64,000 bases of DNA from Candidatus Eiseniibacteriota bacterium. Lineage in GTDB: Bacteria; Eisenbacteria; RBG-16-71-46; JAFGJU01. Location of the stretch: positions 198,184 through 262,183 of the forward strand of contig JAPLKG010000008.1 in the NCBI GenBank assembly GCA_026388185.1, given 5' to 3'. Numbering within the stretch: position 1 is the stretch's first letter; each line of letters opens with the position of its first letter. Positions 19,340 to 26,284 of the stretch are shown here, in pieces. A model generated the notes under the pieces. The model saw only the letters and a list, made by a program, of their open reading frames with translations, did no database searches and had not been told where the DNA came from. Both the position numbers and the translations under genes were made by a program.

Positions 19340-19400
19340 GAGCGTAATCCGGAAAGGATAGTGTGTTACAGCCTCTTATCCGGAAGTGGCTTAAGCCACA
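19340..19400 (+). repeat. Left-end motif, copy 1 (partner 21092-21152)
   Basis: Ungapped alignment 46/61 identical; TWATCCGGAA twice at a 31-bp period. Confidence 0.8.
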
Positions 19401-19444
19401 CCTTTCGATCATGGTTTGTCTCGTAGGCAGGACGAGGTGAAGCG

Positions 19445-20620
19445 ATGAATTTGGGTGCAATCCAATCCGCGCTTTCTGACGCCAAACTGGACGGTTGGCT
19501 ATTCTATGACCATCACCACCGAGATCCGATTGCGTACCGCGTGCTCAAGCTCGACGCTCCAATGTGCACACGCCGATGGTACTACTTGATTCCTGCCGAA
19601 GGTCAGCCAACGAAGCTCGTTCATCGTATCGAGCGGAGCAATCTTGAAGCTCTACCGGGAACCGAGCATCAATATTCGTCCTGGCGCGAACAGCGCGAGA
19701 AGCTGCAGGAGATGCTCGCTTGCAAGGCAAAGGTTGCGATGCAGTACTCTCAGTTGAACGACATTCCCTACATCGGTCTGGTAGACGCAGGCACGGTTGA
19801 ACTGGTAAGGAGTTTTGGGGTTGAAGTTGTATCCTCGGCGGACTTGGTACAACTGTTTGAAGCGCGCTGGTCGACCGAAGCCCTGGCTCTTCATCTCGAA
19901 GCGGGGAAAGTAGTCCACGCTGCTGTCGACACAGCATTCAGAACGATCCGCGATGCCGTACAAACACGCGAAGCAATCGGCGAGTACGAGGTTCAACAGG
20001 AAATCGTCCGATTTTTCGAAACGCACGGCGTCGAGTCGGATGACCCGCCCGTTGTAGCAGTGAACGAAAACACCGCCAACCCCCACTATTCGCCAACGCT
20101 GCAAACCTCCCGTCTGATACGGGAGGGCGATTTTGTTCTCTTGGACGTTTGGGCGAAGCGAAGAGCCCGAGAGGCCGTCTATTTCGATATTACCTGGACG
20201 GGATATGTCGGCGAGGCCGTTCCGGATCGGTACGCGAGGATCTTCGAAATCGTTCGAGAGGCCCGTGACGTGGCCATCGAACTTGTCCAACAAGCCTTGC
20301 GCGGAGGTCGCCCTCTGCGCGGCTACCAGGTGGACGAAGCCGTGCGCGATGTCATCACGCGCCACGGATATGGTGAGTATTTCATCCACAGAACGGGACA
20401 TTCGATCGGCGAGGATGTCCACGGCAACGGCGCCAATATTGACAACTTCGAGACGCGCGATAACCGCGCGATTATTCCTCGAACATGTTTCTCTATTGAA
20501 CCTGGAATTTATCTACCTGAATTCGGCGTGCGAAGTGAAGTGGATGTTTACATCGAGGAAAGCGACGCGCGAGTGACCGGTGACATTCAAAAGGCCATTG
20601 TTCCCATCCTCGCCAAGTAG
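19445..20620 (+). CDS. M24 family metallopeptidase (Xaa-Pro aminopeptidase-like)
   Basis: NPHY, LLDVWA, FDITW, HRTGHSIG..VHG, FSIEPGIY, VRSE metal ligands. Confidence 0.92.
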   Translation: MNLGAIQSALSDAKLDGWLFYDHHHRDPIAYRVLKLDAPMCTRRWYYLIPAEGQPTKLVHRIERSNLEALPGTEHQYSSWREQREKLQEMLACKAKVAMQYSQLNDIPYIGLVDAGTVELVRSFGVEVVSSADLVQLFEARWSTEALALHLEAGKVVHAAVDTAFRTIRDAVQTREAIGEYEVQQEIVRFFETHGVESDDPPVVAVNENTANPHYSPTLQTSRLIREGDFVLLDVWAKRRAREAVYFDITWTGYVGEAVPDRYARIFEIVREARDVAIELVQQALRGGRPLRGYQVDEAVRDVITRHGYGEYFIHRTGHSIGEDVHGNGANIDNFETRDNRAIIPRTCFSIEPGIYLPEFGVRSEVDVYIEESDARVTGDIQKAIVPILAK

Positions 20621-20654
20621 GGAATTCGCGCCATATCTAGATCGTGTTCTTTTT

Positions 20655-20762
20655 CCCCACGTGTGCCCCGAGAGCTAATGATGCTGTCAGAATTTTCGAC
20701 GCGTGAGTCTCAAGGGCAGTCAGTTCCTCTTGTCGCAGTTCTGTACAAGCCGCGCCCTCGGC
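20655..20762 (+). repeat. Right-end motif plus att-like core, copy 1 (partner 31592-31699)
   Basis: Ungapped 89/108 identity; ends in GCCCTCGGC. Confidence 0.85.
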
Positions 20763-20790
20763 GACCACACTACCACATGCCGTTTCGTGA

Positions 20791-20819
20791 TTGACACAGG
20801 ACTTGTCTTGTGATATGTT
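20791..20819 (+). promoter_or_regulatory. sigma70 promoter at the head of element 2, facing the cassette array (Pc-like)
   Basis: TTGACA-17 nt-TATGTT with TG extended -10. Confidence 0.65.
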
Positions 20820-21091
20820 TGCAGCACTCGACGCGACAGGTATATCGCCTCTTGCATGACCAGCAGTTACGCGTCCGCACAGTTCAGGAACTTTTGCGGT
20901 ATTAGGGACCCCTAGACCGTGACGGTCTACGCACACCCGCTGAGCGGGGGAAGGGCAGGGCGAACGGAATCATAGGGTGTGGGTCTAGCGACACGAGTGT
21001 GGTCTTATGCCGAAACAGCGCAACACCACGTGAGATCACGGGAGTTTGGCTAATAGTCCGAACGAAGCGTAGCTGGGAGCCAATTGACAAT

Positions 21092-21152
21092 GAGTGTTAT
21101 CTGGAAGAGATAGCGTTCTACATGCTCTTATCCGGAAGCGACGTAAGGCATA
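21092..21152 (+). repeat. Left-end motif, copy 2 (attI/operator-like)
   Basis: 46/61 identity to 19340-19400; directly followed by GTTCGGG and the SD of the first cassette gene. Confidence 0.75.
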
Positions 21153-21172
21153 GTTCGGGAAAGGAGCAGAAG

Positions 21173-21475
21173 ATGGGTGAGAACAAAGCACATAAGGCAG
21201 TAGTCCACCGCATCATTCACCAGTATGGTGGAAAGTGCGATCCCGAGAAGGGAGCTGACGTCAAGATCCCCTTTATTGGGACTGTGGAGGCCGAAACTGA
21301 CAAGATAGTCTCCGTGGCTCTTACTCAACTCCGAGGCTACCGCGGACCCGTGTATGTCGCAGGAACAAACGCTGTCGAGAAGACATTTGAGGTCAAGACA
21401 GGCACGACGATTGGTGTAACGGATAACAAGGGCAATATCATCAAATCGTCAACACGAAAAAGGCGATGTCCCTGA
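21173..21475 (+). CDS. 100-aa hypothetical protein, first cassette-like gene
   Basis: AAGGAG SD, ATG 21173; stop codon lies inside the left box of an attC-like site. Confidence 0.75.
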   Translation: MGENKAHKAVVHRIIHQYGGKCDPEKGADVKIPFIGTVEAETDKIVSVALTQLRGYRGPVYVAGTNAVEKTFEVKTGTTIGVTDNKGNIIKSSTRKRRCP

Positions 21476-21526
21476 CCAGGCCCTGGAGCGTATGGGCTAC
21501 CGCGCCGCTCAACGCCATCGTTAGGC
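21470..21526 (+). other. attC-like recombination site (57 bp)
   Basis: CCCTGAC-CAGGCC-CTGGAGCG...CGCTCAA-CGCCATC-GTTAGGC: perfect GTTRRRY, inner boxes pair with one extrahelical G; left box has GAC instead of AAC. Confidence 0.65.
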
Positions 21527-21574
21527 CTTCAGCGAAGACACGAACATCCACGTTGCCTGAAAGGAGGTGCGACA

Positions 21575-22327
21575 ATGAGCCGAGTTGTCGCAAGCACGTC
21601 CGCAGCGCTGTTGATCCTGTTTCTTGGCTGCATGGGCCAGGAGCACACTTCATCTGACAAGGCGAAGAGTTTGCCCACGCGTCAGTACGAGTCAGCGGCC
21701 ACAGGGGCTCGGACGCCTCAGGAGGTCGACAAAGCGACCACCGCACCTACCACGAGTCCCACGGACCCGCACAGAAGTGGACAGGCGCGGGATAGGATCA
21801 CCGCAATCAACCCGTCGAAGATTCATATTGATTCTGAGGGCCGTATTGTGACGAAAGATCTTTCCTATGAAGAAATGGGGAAATTGGCAGAGGCCCTAGC
21901 GGAGGCTGATGAATCTGGTGAGCTTCAATCATCTAGAGAATACGACGTAAGTAAGGACAATAGAGGCAGAACTACTGACATGTCGGAAAGGCCACAGGGC
22001 GAAGCGGCTGGCGAGTGGCGCGTCGAGTTCGAATACACCGATCCACAATTGCGTGCAGTCGGCATCGCGGACGCGGCGCGCGCCATTGATGAGCATGGTA
22101 ATGTACTGGCTCAGGCTACGCTTCTCAGGCTGCTCACGGGCGAGGGTAACCAGTTCAAGGGTGCCGAAGTTGAGGAAAGGCATTTCGATGCTAGAGGGCG
22201 CGTTTACTTCAGCTGCAAGAGCCAATTCAGCTTCCCGCTTGGACGAAAGACCGGCGAGTCGGACGCACGAGGACGCAGGACCAGGGACTATTTCTCCCAG
22301 TGGCCACTGCTGGCGGGGATCCCGTAG
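21575..22327 (+). CDS. Hypothetical lipoprotein (cassette-like)
   Basis: AAGGAGG SD, signal with lipobox FLGC, starts 49 nt after the attC-like site. Confidence 0.75.
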   Translation: MSRVVASTSAALLILFLGCMGQEHTSSDKAKSLPTRQYESAATGARTPQEVDKATTAPTTSPTDPHRSGQARDRITAINPSKIHIDSEGRIVTKDLSYEEMGKLAEALAEADESGELQSSREYDVSKDNRGRTTDMSERPQGEAAGEWRVEFEYTDPQLRAVGIADAARAIDEHGNVLAQATLLRLLTGEGNQFKGAEVEERHFDARGRVYFSCKSQFSFPLGRKTGESDARGRRTRDYFSQWPLLAGIP

Positions 22328-22416
22328 ATCGACGATGCAGCCCACCAGCGAACACGTCCGCCCTGGCTCCGATGACCATCAGTCCGCCTTGCGTGGCCCA
22401 CGTGCGAGAGACCACG

Positions 22417-22839
22417 ATGGTACCTGTAACGGGACTCTACGCGGGCGGCAAGCATCCGCGCGACTCGGCAATCTTGTTGAGATTGCCGAGGGCATTGAAT
22501 ACACACCCGAACTATCCCAGGACGGAGCGATGGCTGTTGTGCGTTCAGTCTTTCGTGGAACGAGTAGGCTGCTCGGCCCGTCCGGGTCATGGTGAATCTG
22601 CAGCGGCAGAGTGGAACGTGTGGGCGCAGGCGGTGCCATATGTGGAAGCGGAGATCGCCGTTCTTGCCGAAGGCCGGTGGCTGGACCCGGCTCGCGACGC
22701 AGCGCGTGTGCACATCTGCATCAATCCAGCAAATGAAAACCGATTCTTCGCGGTTCCTTACAGAACGGCTGGCACGCTGACACGCGTTCGTTTGACCATC
22801 GTAGACAACGCGACCGTTTACAAGTTTGCATCGCCTTAG
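22417..22839 (+). CDS. Hypothetical protein or fragment
   Basis: Open frame between attC-like half sites; no recognisable motif; start uncertain. Confidence 0.3.
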   Translation: MVPVTGLYAGGKHPRDSAILLRLPRALNTHPNYPRTERWLLCVQSFVERVGCSARPGHGESAAAEWNVWAQAVPYVEAEIAVLAEGRWLDPARDAARVHICINPANENRFFAVPYRTAGTLTRVRLTIVDNATVYKFASP

Positions 22840-23285
22840 CCAACTTCATTGGCAAACGGAAGAGATACTTGGGATACTGGAGCTGAGCACGACGGGAACC
22901 CGATGGGTGCAGATCCGAATCAGGAATGAACGAGATGGGAGGTGCCCCCCCGTCCTCGCGGCAGGAACGGTTCGGGTCACCCCGGAATGCTAATTGCGCG
23001 TACGTAACATCTCGCCAGCTCAACACGCGACCAGAACATGTGGTGCTTACATCGGAGGACCAAAGACTGGGCATCAACGCACAACACAGATCGCATTCTA
23101 GCTGATTCGGAGAGCCGCGGTTTGCGCAGCGTGATTCGTGCCTGGTGATACGAGTCACTGCTTAGCATGATCGAGCTTGGTCATCGGGAGACACAGCTTA
23201 ACGGAAGGATTGACGTCGCGATTGGGGGCGGTCGCATTCAGTTCGGCAGAGTGGGTAGTTGGCGTGCGGCTGCCTGACTATCTAT

Positions 23286-23307
23286 GTCGCTGATCTTATC
23301 GTTGAGC
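23286..23307 (+). other. attC-like right arm
   Basis: GTCGCTGAT-CTTATC-GTTGAGC (GTTRRRY); no intact left box nearby. Confidence 0.45.
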
Positions 23308-23316
23308 GAATTGCAG

Positions 23317-24768
23317 ATGGGATACCGACTCAACGTTGTCCTAATAATGCCGATACTTGCGGGCTGTCTGCTCACATCATGCCGGGGAACAAATCACTAT
23401 GATAGGAAAGAGGAATCTAAATCGCTCGGAGACACGCCTAGTCATGGTTCGCTATGGACACGGCCCACGACTTATGCGGGCAACCTCTACAACAAGATAC
23501 AGTTATCAGACATTCACGTTGAAGGCGATTATACAAGGACTACGTCCCCGGATGGACGAATCGTGATTAGTGAGAGTGTGGTGGTTGAAGCACACAATTC
23601 CTTCAATGGAGTCACCGAATTCGAGAAGATTAACCTAACTGTCGGCAGGCATCCAATATCCAAATACAGGAGAGTTCATAAGGATGACCTAGGCAGGACC
23701 GTTGTCCTAGAAGAGGGCGAAGAGCCACCAGAGGATATCCTTGTTGAACAAGCTACTAACTTCAAGCCAACTCTGACCTACTATCGTTTCTATTCCGATT
23801 GCGAATACTCTTTGGGCAGGTGCGAGTTACCTGAAATGATTGTGAGAACAACATGGGACGATTCTAGTGACAAAAGAATACGCGATTTGAGCATTAGAAA
23901 AGAGACACTCACCAGGGAAGTAGCTGAGGTACTGCACCACGACGGCCCTTTCTCCCTTGCAAAACTCTGGAGATGGTACATTATGGCAGAATATCAAAAG
24001 GACGCGAACGAGTGCTCCCGAGAACACCTGTTCAATAAATACTCTCCTTCTACCAAAGCCAGAGAGGAGGTGGCGGTAAGAATTAGGATAATTGACAGCA
24101 TCAATGTTGCAGTGAAAAACCTCGACAATCAGAACATTCGGAGAGAATTCATCGCGCTTCTTTCAAAACCCGATTCAGTTTACGGGAATGGTAATACAGA
24201 GTATTACACACAAAGGGTGATAACTACTCAACCACTTACGGGCAAGGATGTTTTTCACTGCTATCACGAGATTTTGAACCATCTGAGAGAGAGTCAGTAT
24301 TCGCACAGCCCCCTGTTGGACGGGATAATCGAATCGTTCAAAGAGATAAAAGACGATCGTGGCAATACTGTGATTGTTCTCACTGGTTACAGTGTAGTTG
24401 ACCCAAAGACTGGTTTTGTTGCAGGAGCCCCTCGCTACATTGAATTTCGCGTTTTCCCTCCGCCGTTCAGAGTACTGACACGTAGCCAGATAAGCAGTCG
24501 TATAGAACAGGTTGAGAAGCAACTTGAGAGAGGAGTAGGTGAGGATGAGATAGGATTGCCGTACTTTGAGACTCTTGAGTACATGCAGAAGGAAAAGGAG
24601 ATTCTCGAAGAGATGATTGAGGAGTGGTCCCTGACAAACGAACCACAGATGATTGTTTATCTACCCGAGATCCTCCTTTTCCACGCTGGTATTCCCATAG
24701 AGAGTTACACGTACAAGTATGATCCGCAGAAAGGAAACGGGGCAGACCATTATGTAGGTCTGAAATGA
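23317..24768 (+). CDS. Hypothetical lipoprotein, visibly lower GC than flanks
   Basis: Long ORF with A/T-rich codons, lipobox LTSC; start moved to ATG 23317 because 23284 lies inside the attC-like arm. Confidence 0.75.
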   Translation: MGYRLNVVLIMPILAGCLLTSCRGTNHYDRKEESKSLGDTPSHGSLWTRPTTYAGNLYNKIQLSDIHVEGDYTRTTSPDGRIVISESVVVEAHNSFNGVTEFEKINLTVGRHPISKYRRVHKDDLGRTVVLEEGEEPPEDILVEQATNFKPTLTYYRFYSDCEYSLGRCELPEMIVRTTWDDSSDKRIRDLSIRKETLTREVAEVLHHDGPFSLAKLWRWYIMAEYQKDANECSREHLFNKYSPSTKAREEVAVRIRIIDSINVAVKNLDNQNIRREFIALLSKPDSVYGNGNTEYYTQRVITTQPLTGKDVFHCYHEILNHLRESQYSHSPLLDGIIESFKEIKDDRGNTVIVLTGYSVVDPKTGFVAGAPRYIEFRVFPPPFRVLTRSQISSRIEQVEKQLERGVGEDEIGLPYFETLEYMQKEKEILEEMIEEWSLTNEPQMIVYLPEILLFHAGIPIESYTYKYDPQKGNGADHYVGLK

Positions 24769-25096
24769 TTCATGAAGAAGGTGAGCATGTTCAGCGGCGA
24801 ACATGTCGCAGCTTCAGTCAACAAGGGATTTGCGCGAATAGCACTGGCAGAATAAAGAGCCGAGAGTGGAAGCGTGGTTTGACATGGAAGAAAGGCTATC
24901 TCCATTTCGGTGCGGTCTCATTGGCGAAGGTACATGGAATGCACATAGATATGCTGAGAAGCGGCGGGAGACGACACGATGTCGGTTCAGTGAAAACGCG
25001 GGAACTCCAACAAAGGCGCGCACGTGCACTGAGATTCCGCCGCGCTTCATCCCCGCCGGTAATGCCTAACGCTGGGGCGCAGGAGGAGGGTATCTT

Positions 25097-25918
25097 ATGT
25101 CTGGAACTACTGAATCGATTCTCGTAGGTCTTGGTATAGGTCTTGTTGTTCTTGCGGTCAGCATGGCGATCAAACCTGTACCACGGCGCGCTGCGATCCT
25201 GATGGCCGTTGGCACTGGGATTATCGCGTTTGTGCTTTGGCCGCGGGCCGTTCTGGTAGAAGTGCCAGATCTGTCTGACCTCAGTAGAGATGAGGCCGAA
25301 CTGGAGCTATCCTCCGCGAAGCTCGACGGAGCGCCGCAACCTCAGGAGGCTCCAAACACGCGTCCAGACCACGTCGTGCCGATGTCACAGAGCCCACTTC
25401 CAGAGACTAAGGTTCACCGCGGCACCCTGGTTCGGTATTCCATCAGCACGCCAACATCCACAGTGTCTGGGAAGGCCACCGACTCCGATAGCACACGGGG
25501 GCATGTCTTGGTGTCAATATTCTCGCCGAGGCATGGCGGTGAGGTTGTGCCTGTGCGCGGGGCGGATAACATATTTAGGTTCGATGTGGAAGGTACACTC
25601 GAAGGTGTCGATCTCGCAAGATATTCTCTGCTCCTATGGGTCCAACCTGTTGCGCCGCCGAGCGACCAGCCCGGATGGTACTTGCAGCGGCTCCCAGCCA
25701 ATGGCGTTCGTTCAATCTCGGGAAACAGGTGGTCCGGGGTGTGTCAGATCGGTAACCAGCAGTATCCGCCGAATGAGGGCGACATGCTCGAGGTCGTAGC
25801 CTCTGTTGTGCCAGCCGGCGAGGCCGAACGCCTGGAAGCTAGGCAAGGACCTCTGACGGCTGTTGTGGTTCCCGGGTCCGTGTCACAGGTTGTTAGAGTC
25901 AAAGTGCGCTTGAAGTGA
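25097..25918 (+). CDS. Membrane-anchored PASTA domain protein
   Basis: GGAGGAGG SD, two N-terminal hydrophobic segments, VEVPDLSDLSRDEAELEL...SQSPLPETKV.RG..V PASTA pattern. Confidence 0.75.
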   Translation: MSGTTESILVGLGIGLVVLAVSMAIKPVPRRAAILMAVGTGIIAFVLWPRAVLVEVPDLSDLSRDEAELELSSAKLDGAPQPQEAPNTRPDHVVPMSQSPLPETKVHRGTLVRYSISTPTSTVSGKATDSDSTRGHVLVSIFSPRHGGEVVPVRGADNIFRFDVEGTLEGVDLARYSLLLWVQPVAPPSDQPGWYLQRLPANGVRSISGNRWSGVCQIGNQQYPPNEGDMLEVVASVVPAGEAERLEARQGPLTAVVVPGSVSQVVRVKVRLK

Positions 25919-25925
25919 GATAGCG

Positions 25926-26034
25926 CTCTAACCAGTAACTTGAGACGGACGAATGCTGCGGCGTCACAGGTCTTGCGCGAGTGATGGCAACAGTCACGCC
26001 GCCTCCGCCCCGCCGCTCAGCGACATCTTTGGTA
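25926..26034 (+). other. attC-like site (109 bp), right box degenerate
   Basis: CTCTAAC...CTTGAGACGG...GCGGCGTCAC/GTCACGCCGC inner stem...CCGCTCAGC-GACATC-TTTGGTA; parallels the right arm of the 21470 site but G of GTT is T. Confidence 0.55.
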
Positions 26035-26284
26035 TGACTCCCGCTGCCAACGTGACTCCGATTTAGCTCTGCCGCGGGTGACTCGGCCCGCCGCGTTGCC
26101 GGATGCGCAGCCTTGCATCGCGGAACGATCTTTGCGAAACCCGCTGCAAGTCCGCGTATCGGCAGTGGCGAGGTGGGCGATTTGCTTAGCCATCCACCGC
26201 GCGATGGTGACTCTTCCGGACGCCGGCAAGACAAGAGTTCCACCGGCGAAGGAACACCATGTACATTTGTCAGGAGATGAGGCC

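Noticed and set aside
20637-20936. 99-aa minus-strand ORF as an integron or phage integrase
   Set aside because: It is where intI would be, but has no R-H-R-H-Y catalytic set; TELR.EEL only loosely resembles the box I motif.
25066-25072. GCCTAAC as an attC left box
   Set aside because: No pairing inner boxes or matching GTT downstream before the next gene.
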